Positions 48,567 to 58,479 of a stretch of DNA of 64,000 nt are shown here, in pieces. Every line of letters begins with the position of its first letter. Positions within the stretch are counted from its first letter, which is position 1. The stretch is from Minisyncoccota bacterium (GTDB lineage Bacteria > Patescibacteriota > Minisyncoccia > UBA6257 > 2-01-FULL-56-20): positions 1,990-65,989 of the forward strand of contig JANWIW010000030.1 of the NCBI GenBank assembly GCA_025449695.1, written 5' to 3'. Position numbers and translations under genes: made by a program. The notes under the pieces are model-generated. The model was given only the letters and a program-made list of their open reading frames with translations, ran no database searches and had not been told where the DNA came from.

Positions 48567-49286
48567 CTAGAACGGGGCGAACCGGACGGCGGCGAAGAGC
48601 ACGGCCACCCCAAGCACAGTCATGAAAGTCGTCCACATGGTCGGATGCCTGTGATGGCTCTCCGGGATCAGGTCGGATGCGCCGATATAAAGGAAGAACC
48701 CGCAAAAGAGGGCCAGAATGGGGCCGAGATACTGCTCCGGGACCTGGAAGAAAAGCGTGGCGAATGCCCCCAAGGCAGGCGCCAACGCGCCCACCAGGAG
48801 CCAGTGGAACGCACGGCGGCTCTCTCCTTTATTCTTCAGCACCATGTTCACCATGTTAATGCCGTCCGAAAAGTGATGCACCAGCACGGCGGTTGCGACC
48901 ACCGCGCCCACGGCGGCGGACACCTGGAAGGCCAGGCCTATGGCCAATCCGTCCAGGAACCTATGCAAGGAAATGCTGCTGGCGCCGATGGTGCCCCGGT
49001 GGTGATGCGAGCTTTCGTCTTCATCGTCATGAAAATGGAGGGTAATGTAGCGATCCACCATAAGATAAATAAGGAAACCTAACGCCATAATGGAAGTTAT
49101 CGTCGCCGGCTCGAAGAACGCACTGCCGAGTTCTATGGCCTCGGGCAGTAAGTCGAAGAAGGCAACGCCGATAACGACTCCGGCGCTGAATCCCATGATA
49201 AGGTGCAGCTTGTCCTTGAAGCGCAGGGCAAGAAGGCCACCAAGCAGGGTGAAGACGACCGTGGCAATGCCAATGATCACTACCAT
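48567..49286 (-). CDS. ZIP family metal transporter
   Basis: His-rich loop, LH.FLDG, HHFSDG, DLIPESH. Confidence 0.9.
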   Translation of the reverse strand: MVVIIGIATVVFTLLGGLLALRFKDKLHLIMGFSAGVVIGVAFFDLLPEAIELGSAFFEPATITSIMALGFLIYLMVDRYITLHFHDDEDESSHHHRGTIGASSISLHRFLDGLAIGLAFQVSAAVGAVVATAVLVHHFSDGINMVNMVLKNKGESRRAFHWLLVGALAPALGAFATLFFQVPEQYLGPILALFCGFFLYIGASDLIPESHHRHPTMWTTFMTVLGVAVLFAAVRFAPF

Positions 49287-49377
49287 GTCCCTTTATTCTA
49301 CCAGATGGCGGCAGGATGCGCAGATGAACTTTCCATGAGGCCGGCATCCTTGTCTTCCTCTTTTTGACGGGACTATA

Positions 49378-51141
49378 ATGAAGGCCTTTATGGAAAGACT
49401 TGTTTCACGCGCCGCCGGGCAAGGTTCTCTCGGCAAGGCGGCGGAACTCGCCAAGATACAAAAGGAAAAGGAGGTCCTGGAGGAACACCTGGAACGGCTG
49501 CAGCTCCTCGCGAACGCCACCAAGGTGCTGATCAGCGACGAGCTGGATTATGAGAAGCGCCTCAAGGACCTGGGCGAGGTAGTGGTGCCCGCTTTCGCGG
49601 ACTGGTGCGCCATCAACATCGTGCATGGCCGCCCTTCATACACGCTCGTGACCAGCGCCTCTCCGGAGAAACGGGCCATCGCGGAAGAGATCCAGCGCAA
49701 ATACCCTCCCCGCCCCGAGTCCACCTACGGCATCTCCGATGTCATCCGCCAAGCTGAGCCCCGGCTCTACGCCGCTCTTCCGGAGGACCTCATGCGCCAG
49801 ACGACCCAGAGCGAGGAGCATTATCAGCTCCTGAGGCAGCTGGGCATCGTCTCGGTCATCCTGGCGCCGCTCGTCGCCCGGGACCAGATCCTCGGCGGCA
49901 TCACTTTCGTCACCTCCGATTCCGGCCGCGTCTACACCGAAGCCGATCTGGATACGGCCGCCCAGTTGGCCAATAGCGCCGCCATATCGCTCGAGAACGC
50001 GCTTCTGCACCAGGAGCTCATGGAGGCCAACCGCGCCAAGGAAAAGTTCCTGGCAATGCTTGCCCACGAGCTCCGCAACCCGCTGACCCCCATTCGCAAC
50101 AGCCTGCCCATCCTGGCCGCGAAAGGCGACGACGACTACGAGGTGAAAGATATCGTGGACATCATGGACCGGCAGATCCGCACCATGAGCCGCCTCCTGG
50201 ATGATCTGTTCGACGTATCCCGCATCACCGAAGGCAAGATCCAATTCCAAATGGAAGGGATCGATCTCCTGGCCCTTGTCCAAAGCATCATCCAAAGCCG
50301 GCGGGCAGAGCTCGAAAAGAAGGGCTTCAAGTTCTCTGTCTACCTGGGCGAAGGGCCGCTCGTGATCATGGCCGATCGCGTCCGCGTCGAGCAAGTCATC
50401 GTGAACCTGTTGAACAACGCCGCCAAATATACCCCCTCCGGAGGGCACATCGCCCTCGAGTGCGGACGCGAGGGCGGCCAGGCGGTGATCCGGGTGCGCG
50501 ACACCGGCAAAGGCATCCCGCCGCACATGCTGAAGAAGATATTCCAGCTGTTCATCCAGGTGGACCAGTCCATCGACCGGCCAGAGGGCGGGCTCGGCCT
50601 GGGACTCACCCTTGTGCAGATACTCGTGGAGCACCATGGCGGAACCGTTCTCGCCCGGAGCGAAGGCGTGGGCAAAGGCAGCGAGTTCGTGGTCAGCCTG
50701 CCACTCGCCGTCTCTCCTCTCCCGAAGACCGCTGACCAGCATCCGAACCGGCTGGTGCAGGACTCCCCCCGGCGCATCCTTATCGTGGATGACAACGAGG
50801 ACGCGGCGAATTCCATCGGCAAGCTCCTGCGCAAATTCGGCCACGAGGTGCAGATCGCATACGACGGCATCGCTGCCCTCGAAGAGGCCAAGGCGTTCGC
50901 TCCGGAGGTGGTGCTCCTCGACCTGGGATTGCCCATCCTGGACGGCTACGAGACGGCCCGCAGGCTGCGGAGCGCGGTGCCGGACCGGAATAAGCTGCTT
51001 CTCATCGCCCTGTCCGGGTATGGGCAGGAAGAGGATCGCCGGCGCGCCATGGAGGCGGGGTTCGACCATCATCTGGTCAAGCCCTTCGACACGCACGAGC
51101 TGCGCGCGCTCCTGAACGCGTGGACCCCGGATCGCTCCTGA
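49378..51141 (+). CDS. Cytoplasmic hybrid histidine kinase (GAF-HisKA-HATPase-REC)
   Basis: LAHELRNPL, NAAKY, GGLGLGL, DDNED, DLGLP. Confidence 0.93.
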   Translation: MKAFMERLVSRAAGQGSLGKAAELAKIQKEKEVLEEHLERLQLLANATKVLISDELDYEKRLKDLGEVVVPAFADWCAINIVHGRPSYTLVTSASPEKRAIAEEIQRKYPPRPESTYGISDVIRQAEPRLYAALPEDLMRQTTQSEEHYQLLRQLGIVSVILAPLVARDQILGGITFVTSDSGRVYTEADLDTAAQLANSAAISLENALLHQELMEANRAKEKFLAMLAHELRNPLTPIRNSLPILAAKGDDDYEVKDIVDIMDRQIRTMSRLLDDLFDVSRITEGKIQFQMEGIDLLALVQSIIQSRRAELEKKGFKFSVYLGEGPLVIMADRVRVEQVIVNLLNNAAKYTPSGGHIALECGREGGQAVIRVRDTGKGIPPHMLKKIFQLFIQVDQSIDRPEGGLGLGLTLVQILVEHHGGTVLARSEGVGKGSEFVVSLPLAVSPLPKTADQHPNRLVQDSPRRILIVDDNEDAANSIGKLLRKFGHEVQIAYDGIAALEEAKAFAPEVVLLDLGLPILDGYETARRLRSAVPDRNKLLLIALSGYGQEEDRRRAMEAGFDHHLVKPFDTHELRALLNAWTPDRS

Positions 51142-51172
51142 TTGCGGCCGGGAACGGTTCCCAGTATCATAG

Positions 51173-52219
51173 ATGACTATGTATTCCGACCTTAAAGTCG
51201 CGGGCCCGAAGCGTGGCGAGATAGAGATAACCGGCCAGATACCTCCGGCTGACCTGGAAGGCTACTATACTCAGGTCCTGGAGGAAATGCGCAAGGATTT
51301 CTCGATGCCGGGGTTCCGCAAAGGCAATGTGCCGATGGAAACCTTCCAGCCCCACGCGAACCAGGGCCATGCCCTGGAGGAGGCGGCAGAGCTTGCCCTC
51401 GCGGACGCATATCCCGCGATCATAGAAGAGCGCGCCCTGGAGACGCTCGGACGGCCGGAAGTAACGATCACCAAGCTCGCCCTCGGCAATCCGATGGAAT
51501 TCAAGATAGTCGTCGGCGCAAGGCCGGTGATAAAGCTGCCGAACTATAAGAAGATCGCCGGCGAAGTCCGCGCTGCCCGGAAGCCCATGGAGGTGACCGA
51601 TGCCGACGTGGAAGAGGTCGTCACTTCGCTCCGCAAGCTGCGTGCGGCGCCTTCCGTGTCCCAAGATGCCAAGAAGGATGGTGCCCCCACGCCGGAAGAG
51701 CTGCCGGAGCTGACCGACGAATTCGTGCGTACCTTGGGAAGCTTCGAGACTATATTGGATTTCAAGGTCAAGCTGCGCGAGAACCTGAAGCTCGAGAAGG
51801 AAACCGAATCGAAGCGCGTCCTCAGAGAAGCGATTGCCGCCAAGCTCGCGGAGAGCGTAAAGATGGAGCTGCCGGAACGCTTCGTGGAAGGAGAAGCGGA
51901 GGCCATGTTCGAGCAGCTGCGGCACGATCTTGAGCACGCGAACCTCTCCCTGGAGGATTATCTGAAGCGTTCCAATACCACGGAAGAAACCGTCCGCAAG
52001 AGCCAGCGGGAATACGCCGAGCGGCAGATCAGGACGCGCCTGATCCTGGAGGAGGTCGCCAAGGCGGAATCCATCGAGCCGAACGCCGATGAGGTGCGGA
52101 TGGAGTCGGAACTCCTGCGCGAACGGAACCCGGAACTGGAACCGGAGCGCATCGCGCGATACGTCACGAACCTCCTGCGGAACGAGAAAGTGCTGGAATT
52201 TTTGGAAAAAGCAGAATAG
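51173..52219 (+). CDS. tig: Trigger factor (short form)
   Basis: PGFRKG ribosome-binding motif, LPELTDEF; 348 aa. Confidence 0.88.
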   Translation: MTMYSDLKVAGPKRGEIEITGQIPPADLEGYYTQVLEEMRKDFSMPGFRKGNVPMETFQPHANQGHALEEAAELALADAYPAIIEERALETLGRPEVTITKLALGNPMEFKIVVGARPVIKLPNYKKIAGEVRAARKPMEVTDADVEEVVTSLRKLRAAPSVSQDAKKDGAPTPEELPELTDEFVRTLGSFETILDFKVKLRENLKLEKETESKRVLREAIAAKLAESVKMELPERFVEGEAEAMFEQLRHDLEHANLSLEDYLKRSNTTEETVRKSQREYAERQIRTRLILEEVAKAESIEPNADEVRMESELLRERNPELEPERIARYVTNLLRNEKVLEFLEKAE

Positions 52220-52231
52220 GGAGATCGTGCC

Positions 52232-52433
52232 TGTCATCCCGGCCTTGCCGCCTTTTGGCACGGCTTCGCCAAGGGCGAGGCTTCCGTGAGAGGCGAGGCT
52301 CGCTTGAAGCAGCGCCTCCGGCGGGATACGAGACCCAAGCTTGTCATTCCGGCCTTGAGCCGGGATCCAGTATTTTCCTGGATCCCGGATAGCCCCGCTG
52401 GGCTTCCGGGATGACAAGGCCATTTCCAATCAC
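52232..52433. repeat. Composite palindromic repeat of about 200 bp, copy 1
   Basis: Near-identical, ungapped direct repeat of 53192..53393. Confidence 0.92.
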
Positions 52434-52553
52434 GATTCAGTCATTAAGTATCTCATGGAAATTTCCTTGAAAGCGAGGAACGGGAATCCAGAGGCTCTCA
52501 AATCAAACTGCCCGACGCGAAGGCCGGGCAGCTGACTAATGCGTGGTTCGAAG

Positions 52554-53027
52554 TTACGACGGCCACGAGACGTCGGCGGCGGCGAGATAGTGGTCCAGAT
52601 CCTTCTGCGGGACCAGGCTCATCACGCCCTCGCGAAGGACATGAAGCTCTTCCCACACGGCCTGCACATTTCTGGGACCGAAATTCATCCGCTTCAACTT
52701 GGTCGAATACACTACGGTCCGGTTGCCATCCGTGCCATAGAATTGGCACTCTATCTCAATCCTCGATGCGGAATCGCTCCGAAACACGATCCACACGCAC
52801 TTCCGTCCCTCAAATTCGAAGCGATACCCTCCCGAGAGGCGGCTGTTCTGGACGAGATTGCCCTCACACGCGGTGACGTTGATGGCTTGAGACAGCTCGT
52901 CATGCAACAGATCGAACATCAGGGTCACCATGATGTTCACCTCGTTTCTCATCCTGTCGATCGCATATGCACCCCTGACGAGCTTGAGTGTGATCTCTCT
53001 ACTGTTGTTTCCGATCGCGACTTTCAT
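52554..53027 (-). CDS. Orphan hypothetical protein
   Basis: GGAGG SD before MKVAIG; consensus promoter upstream. Confidence 0.65.
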   Translation of the reverse strand: MKVAIGNNSREITLKLVRGAYAIDRMRNEVNIMVTLMFDLLHDELSQAINVTACEGNLVQNSRLSGGYRFEFEGRKCVWIVFRSDSASRIEIECQFYGTDGNRTVVYSTKLKRMNFGPRNVQAVWEELHVLREGVMSLVPQKDLDHYLAAADVSWPS

Positions 53028-53106
53028 TTCTGCCTCCAGAATGCCCCCTCGGGCTTTTAAGTCGTGATTGCTTTTTCTACCAAGCACACGCTTGGCTTCT
53101 CTTTGC

Positions 53107-53135
53107 ATTATACAAATTTAGACTATATTTGTCAA
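53107..53135 (-). promoter_or_regulatory. Consensus sigma70 promoter
   Basis: TTGACA-N17-TATAAT. Confidence 0.8.
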
Positions 53136-53191
53136 ACTTTAGCCTACCCTCCCGGCTTTGGCGCGCTACTTGCGTTGTAATCTGAAAGCAT

Positions 53192-53393
53192 TGTCATCCC
53201 GGCCTTACCGCCTTTTGGCACGGCTTCGCCAAGGGCGAGGCTTCCGTGAGAGGCAAGGCTCTCTAGAAGCAGCGCCTCCGGCGGGATACGAGACCCAAGC
53301 TTGTCATTCAGGACTTGAGCCGGGATCCAGTATTTTCCTGGATCCCGGATAGCCCCGCTGGGCTTCCGGGATGACAAGGCTATCTCCGATCAC
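53192..53393. repeat. Composite palindromic repeat of about 200 bp, copy 2
   Basis: Direct repeat of 52232..52433, offset 960 bp. Confidence 0.92.
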
Positions 53394-53411
53394 CGTTACC
53401 TAGTTATTCTC

Positions 53412-53750
53412 TCATCGCGCAAACCGCTGCAGTTCCCGTACTATCTCTGCGGGTAAAGGATCTCCGGGCTTGGTCACCCCCGGGTATCGCCATGCGGACA
53501 CGACCCGGCGCTCGCCCGGACGCTCGGAGATCATGACCCATATCTCCTGCGTCCACTCGGCGGCCTTGCCGGCCACCGTTCGTCTCACCGAAGCAGGCTG
53601 CATCATCGCTACCGTGTCCTCGGCTATTCCCTCCTCGACGCGCTGGGGCGAATGGATGACCCGCCGCACCCGGGCCTCAGAAAGGCGGTATTGCCTCATT
53701 TTGGCCTGGCTATGCGCGGTCCAGACGAGCTTCTTCGAGGTGAACTTCAT
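53412..53750 (-). CDS. Hypothetical protein (DUF4258-like)
   Basis: WTAHS..KM..Y.LS, VVSAWRYPG. Confidence 0.65.
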   Translation of the reverse strand: MKFTSKKLVWTAHSQAKMRQYRLSEARVRRVIHSPQRVEEGIAEDTVAMMQPASVRRTVAGKAAEWTQEIWVMISERPGERRVVSAWRYPGVTKPGDPLPAEIVRELQRFAR

Positions 53751-53753
53751 CCC

Positions 53754-54581
53754 CTATACGCCGAGCCCCTGCGGCTCCTTGTCTGCTTTTGCATTTTTCA
53801 TTTTGGAAACCGGCCTAGCCTTTGCGCCTTCCTCTCTCGCTGCACGCGCTTCGAAATACGCGCAATGATCGCAATCCTTGCCCTTCGGCGGGATGATATC
53901 GGCGGCAAGCGCGGAGCGCAGCTTCAGGAGCACGCTCTCCACCCAGGTGTCATTCCCCGTATACGGGATCACTTTGATATCGAACTCCAATCTGGCGTCG
54001 AAAGCCTCCTTGTCGGCATTACCGTTGCAATAAACGAAATAACCCGTACTCGAGACCCTGAACCCGTTCCTGCGGAAAAGCCATTGATATATCTCCATCT
54101 GACGCTTATAGCCGTCCTGCCATTCCGCATCCAGGCTGACCTCCTGGCTCTTGGAAGTGGCTTTGTAATCAACGATGTGCAATTCGCCGGAGGGAGCGAC
54201 CCAGACATCGTCGATCCCGCCGCGCACCAGGAGATTGGTGGGTTCATGGAAATATCGTATCCCCCGCTTCAATGAATCCCGCCATTCATCAAGCCTCTCA
54301 TCCGCGTAGGGCACCGCGTCTATGCCATAGGCCTTCATGAGCGGATGAGCGGAACCTCTCGCGCGATGGACATCGAACTCTTTCTTGAGAAGAGTGTCCA
54401 CGGCAGTGTTCAGGCTGAACGGAAAGCCCGGCGGGCGGCCCGTCCCCAGGCGCTTATCCAGGTAAAAACAACGGGGGCAGTCTACAAATAAATCTATGCC
54501 GCTCCTGCTCACTATGAAAGGCTCGTCCGACGAGGGGTCGAAGATACCTCTCGTCTTTACGGGATTATAATATTTGCTCAT
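53754..54581 (-). CDS. PD-(D/E)XK nuclease family protein (Cas4/RecB-like)
   Basis: CPRCF, GGIDD, IVDYK, QMEIY, CDHC. Confidence 0.85.
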   Translation of the reverse strand: MSKYYNPVKTRGIFDPSSDEPFIVSRSGIDLFVDCPRCFYLDKRLGTGRPPGFPFSLNTAVDTLLKKEFDVHRARGSAHPLMKAYGIDAVPYADERLDEWRDSLKRGIRYFHEPTNLLVRGGIDDVWVAPSGELHIVDYKATSKSQEVSLDAEWQDGYKRQMEIYQWLFRRNGFRVSSTGYFVYCNGNADKEAFDARLEFDIKVIPYTGNDTWVESVLLKLRSALAADIIPPKGKDCDHCAYFEARAAREEGAKARPVSKMKNAKADKEPQGLGV

Positions 54582-54721
54582 CTTCGTAACATTTTCCCGC
54601 GAAACCAACGCGATTGCAATCAGCGGCAAAACGACTTCGATTGACCGGTTACTTAAGCTATGGCATAAATAGACCGGTTCAGGATCGGGCCTTATCCCGA
54701 AATACGAGCGGGGAGACAGAT

Positions 54722-55096
54722 ATGGAAGCTCATGAGATCCTTTTTGTCCTCATGGAGAGGCTTGTCGAAATCGCCCGTCGTCCTCTCGGACAACGGGAGG
54801 TGCGCTATGTGGCCCACAGCATCTCGTTCGAGATGACCGCCCTGCAGCACGAAGGCTCCTCCTTCTATGTGGGCGTGCGGCGCATTTCGGGCAGCGACCG
54901 GTCGGAGCTCTTGCTCTGGCCCGGCGAGCCCGCGCATGGACAAGAGATCCTTCAACTCTTGGCCGACGCGGGCGACGTGAGGGTCGATATGGTGGGCGCA
55001 ATGAAGGCCGGCGACCCGGCCTTCGCCGTAGCGGCCGCCATACTGGGGCGCCTGGCGATGCTCCGGCGGCAGGAAGCCGCGGCGTTCAGGACGTGA
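54722..55096 (+). CDS. Hypothetical protein
   Basis: GGAG SD; downstream hairpin. Confidence 0.55.
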   Translation: MEAHEILFVLMERLVEIARRPLGQREVRYVAHSISFEMTALQHEGSSFYVGVRRISGSDRSELLLWPGEPAHGQEILQLLADAGDVRVDMVGAMKAGDPAFAVAAAILGRLAMLRRQEAAAFRT

Positions 55097-55265
55097 CGCC
55101 GGATCAATCGAACGTGCAGACCCCCCGTCTGCACGTTCCGCGTTTTCATGTGTATTCTTGCGGCATGGTCTGGCATGCGCTGGCCGGAATCGCTGATTAC
55201 CTACGGGAAATGCCTTAATGCAATCCTTCCGGAAGCAAGGGGAGAATTAAGCCAGGAGGTTCTCG

Positions 55266-55955
55266 ATGAACAGTTTGATTCGATGTGTTGCAATGTGTAC
55301 CGCGCTGCTTCTTACGCACTGCGGCACGAACTCGGCAGCCGCAGCGGCCTGGCGGATCGAAGAAGTCATGCCAAACCGGGACGGATACCTGTTCCGCATC
55401 GGCTGGACGGAACAGGATCTGAGCCATCATTTCTTCACTACAATCCAGGTGTCGCCGGAAGACGCGCAAGTCCTCTCCCGCAGCATGGGTGCGGCCGGGC
55501 CCACCGGCCTGCCCGGACGCGTCTTCGGAGGAGACGACGAGCTCGCGGAAGAGGCGCTCGGCCGGAAGATCTTCTTCGCCAAGCATCCGGACTATCGCCC
55601 CGTGCCGCCGCAAGCCATCTATGATCAAGCCGCAGCGGCCCTGGCCCTGATGGAATGCCCGGACCTTTCGAACCATGACCCGCGCGTGGTCGACGAGGCC
55701 TTCCGGGACGGCTACCGCGCCGGGACCGCGTGGGTCGAAAGCTTCGACAGGAAGGTCCGCGACCTGAGCGCCGGCAAGGTCTCGCTGAAGATGGCAGAGA
55801 ACCCGTACGTGCGGCCCCTCTTCGGCGACGTGCTCGTGCTCCAGGCTTCAAGCAACGGGACCGCGCTCCACGTGAGCATAGATCCCTTTCCGGACGGCCG
55901 CGCTTTCGGTTGTCCCGCCCATCCACCGCTCCCCGCATGCAACTGCCCGCAATAA
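55266..55955 (+). CDS. Putative secreted hypothetical protein
   Basis: AGGAGG SD; signal-like N-terminus. Confidence 0.6.
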   Translation: MNSLIRCVAMCTALLLTHCGTNSAAAAAWRIEEVMPNRDGYLFRIGWTEQDLSHHFFTTIQVSPEDAQVLSRSMGAAGPTGLPGRVFGGDDELAEEALGRKIFFAKHPDYRPVPPQAIYDQAAAALALMECPDLSNHDPRVVDEAFRDGYRAGTAWVESFDRKVRDLSAGKVSLKMAENPYVRPLFGDVLVLQASSNGTALHVSIDPFPDGRAFGCPAHPPLPACNCPQ

Positions 55956-56280
55956 TGGCACGCCGCGCTTCTCGCGCGGCGTTTCCTCACTGTGATTTCA
56001 TTGGAGAAGCGCATCATCCATAGAATATTCTGACGAAAGGTCGATCACCTAATCGGAATCGAATCACATGCCACGCCAGAACAGAGGCCGCTCTTCCAAG
56101 GCTAGATATCGTGGGCGCTCCAGCTCCTCTTCCAGCCGCTCCTCCGGCGAGAGCTCGGAGGATTAACGAGCCTTCCTCAGCGCGAAACCGGCCGTACGGC
56201 CGGTTTCGCGCATCATTCTCCCTTCACCGGCCTGTCGTCATAGTGCATACAAAGGCCGAAACCAAAAGACTAACCATCCC

Positions 56281-56526
56281 ATGGCTACAGTGATTCATGA
56301 AGAACCCGACCGGGAGATCGTGCACGAAGTCCACGAGCATCACGATGGCGGCGGATATGGCGGCGTGGTAAGCATGATCGTCGCCCTCGTTGTCCTCGCG
56401 ATAGTCCTCTTCTACGGCTTGCCTTACTTGCGCCGGGCCCTGTCCCGCGAGCAGCCCGCCGCGCCCGATACCATAAACGTCAACTTGAACGCGAACGTGC
56501 CCGATATGAACGGCGCGAACCCCTGA
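56281..56526 (+). CDS. Small single-TM protein
   Basis: His/Glu-rich N-terminus, GGG linker, TM, INVN tail. Confidence 0.7.
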   Translation: MATVIHEEPDREIVHEVHEHHDGGGYGGVVSMIVALVVLAIVLFYGLPYLRRALSREQPAAPDTINVNLNANVPDMNGANP

Positions 56527-56591
56527 GCGCGGCGGCCGGCGGAAGATGCCCGGCAACTCTTGAAAGGGGTTCATGTATAATGAACGGTATC

Positions 56592-57014
56592 ATGGCCGGG
56601 CAGCACAACAAACAAGGGTTCGTCCAGGAGTTCAAAGAGTTCGCGGTTCGGGGCAGCGTCATGGATCTCGCGGTTGGCGTGATCATCGGCGGCGCGTTCG
56701 GCAAGATCGTCTCCTCGCTCGTCGCTGACGTGATCATGCCGCCCATCGGCATCCTTCTCGGCGGCGTCAATTTCGCGCAGCTGAAACATACCTTTCACCG
56801 CTTGGGACCGAACGGAGACCCGCTCACCTGGAACTATGGCGTATTCATCCAGAACGTAGTGGATTTCCTGATCATCGCTCTGGTGGTCTTTTTCATGGTC
56901 AAGGCGGTGAACAGGATAAAACGAAAGCAGCCCGCACCGGCAAAGCCGGCGGAGCTCACCGCGGAAGCAAAACTGCTGAGCGAAATACGCGACCTGCTGC
57001 AGGGAAAAAGGTAA
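56592..57014 (+). CDS. mscL: Large-conductance mechanosensitive channel
   Basis: EFKEFA.RG.V.DLAVGVIIG, LLSEIRDLL. Confidence 0.96.
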   Translation: MAGQHNKQGFVQEFKEFAVRGSVMDLAVGVIIGGAFGKIVSSLVADVIMPPIGILLGGVNFAQLKHTFHRLGPNGDPLTWNYGVFIQNVVDFLIIALVVFFMVKAVNRIKRKQPAPAKPAELTAEAKLLSEIRDLLQGKR

Positions 57015-57076
57015 CCGGTCATTAGGAGATAACGAGCCCTACCTCATTACTATTTACCAATTACTGATTCCTCTCT

Positions 57077-57823
57077 CTATTGCACGGTCAGGGTGCGGGT
57101 GATCAATATCGCCCCGCCCTGGGTCACGCGCAGGGTGTAGATACCGCTCTGTACCGTTACCGTCCAGGGGAACGAATTGCTCGCCGTCTGCCCGAGATAA
57201 GTGACGAGGCCATTTGCGCCGACAAGCTCTATGTTTGCACTACCCATACTGCTATTGAAGGGCGACCAAAGGATCGTGTAGAAGATGCCCCTCGTCACCA
57301 CGCTCACGTCCAGGTTGTTGCTATTCAAGACCTGGATCTGAGTGACCGGTTGGACCGGGTAAGCGCTGCCGCCGCAGTGGGAAGAGTACTGTCCGGAACC
57401 ATACTGGTTGTACGGGTACTGATTGGAGGGATACTGGTCATATTGATACTGGTTGTAACCGTACCCGTAGCAGCACTGATAGCTGTACTGCTGATAAGGA
57501 TATTGGTTGTATTGGTACTGGTTGTTGTACTGGTACTGGTTATACTGCGGGCAGTTGTTGTACTGGTAATTATTATTGTTTGTGTTCGAACACTGCCAAG
57601 ACTGCGTAGAGACGCCGTTCAGGTAACAGTAAGGGGCGCTCGTGGTTTGCTGTTGACCGGGAACGACCTGCTGCAGGTAGGCCGAGTTCTGGTTCACGTA
57701 TTGGATCGTCTGATTGGCGAGCGCGACCGCCTGGACCTGAGTAGGCCCCGGAATAGTGGGGTTATTGCTTACTGCGGCGAGCAGCGAATAAGCCAATTGG
57801 AGCAAAACGGCAGCGAAGGTCAT
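57077..57823 (-). CDS. Secreted protein with Q/N/Y-rich low-complexity region
   Basis: Hydrophobic N-terminus, YNQYQY repeats, beta-rich C-terminal domain. Confidence 0.7.
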   Translation of the reverse strand: MTFAAVLLQLAYSLLAAVSNNPTIPGPTQVQAVALANQTIQYVNQNSAYLQQVVPGQQQTTSAPYCYLNGVSTQSWQCSNTNNNNYQYNNCPQYNQYQYNNQYQYNQYPYQQYSYQCCYGYGYNQYQYDQYPSNQYPYNQYGSGQYSSHCGGSAYPVQPVTQIQVLNSNNLDVSVVTRGIFYTILWSPFNSSMGSANIELVGANGLVTYLGQTASNSFPWTVTVQSGIYTLRVTQGGAILITRTLTVQ

Positions 57824-57858
57824 GAATACCTAGAGCCTGCCGCAATCTCCTCAGTTTG

Positions 57859-58341
57859 TCAATGAAGTTTAGATGAAGCTCCATTCTTTCCTGAAGGACG
57901 GGCCTTTTTCAGGCTTTGTCTCCATAGCAAGAAAAGACCGATGAAGTTGAGGCCGATAAGGAGAGCGAAAGGCGTGATGGAAAAACCGTCCAGGTCCAAT
58001 ACGCGGCCGCCTATCATGAAGGGCGCTTTGGAATAGAACCAGCCATAGCTGAGGGAGCCGAAGATACCGTACCCGATGAAGAGGATCCCCAGGCAGGTCA
58101 GTATAACCCCCGTCCAATCGAAGCGACGCAGCCTGAAGCCCCAACTCCTAAAGGAGCCGGATGGTCGCGCCTTCGCGACCGGCATGGCAAGCCGGACTAC
58201 AGGCGGAGGCGCGACAGCCTGGACAGGCGGCGAGACCGGCGCGGCGTCTCCCAAACGGTACGCATCGCGGGGCGGATGATTGTATCCGCCGCCAACGAGG
58301 AGGGGTTCCGAAGGCGCGGTTTTTGCGTGATTGCTATCCAT
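57859..58341 (-). CDS. Hypothetical two-TM membrane protein
   Basis: Pro-rich N-terminus plus two TM segments. Confidence 0.55.
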   Translation of the reverse strand: MDSNHAKTAPSEPLLVGGGYNHPPRDAYRLGDAAPVSPPVQAVAPPPVVRLAMPVAKARPSGSFRSWGFRLRRFDWTGVILTCLGILFIGYGIFGSLSYGWFYSKAPFMIGGRVLDLDGFSITPFALLIGLNFIGLFLLWRQSLKKARPSGKNGASSKLH

Positions 58342-58479
58342 GACAGTTCCAGCCGGGCCTCGCTTGCTCGCGGCTCCGGACGTCCAAGAACTTATCACGC
58401 CGAACTCCAAGTTGCAATAAAAAGTCCGCCCCGTTCCTCTTGATGGGAGGAGGGGGCGGACAAGGCGTACCGGAGCTCT

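Noticed and set aside
51167-53377. ORFs 51167..52429 and 53144..53377 sharing SSRKPSGAIRDPGKYWIPAQ
   Set aside because: The shared peptide is a translation of the 200-bp repeat; the rest is antisense to tig.
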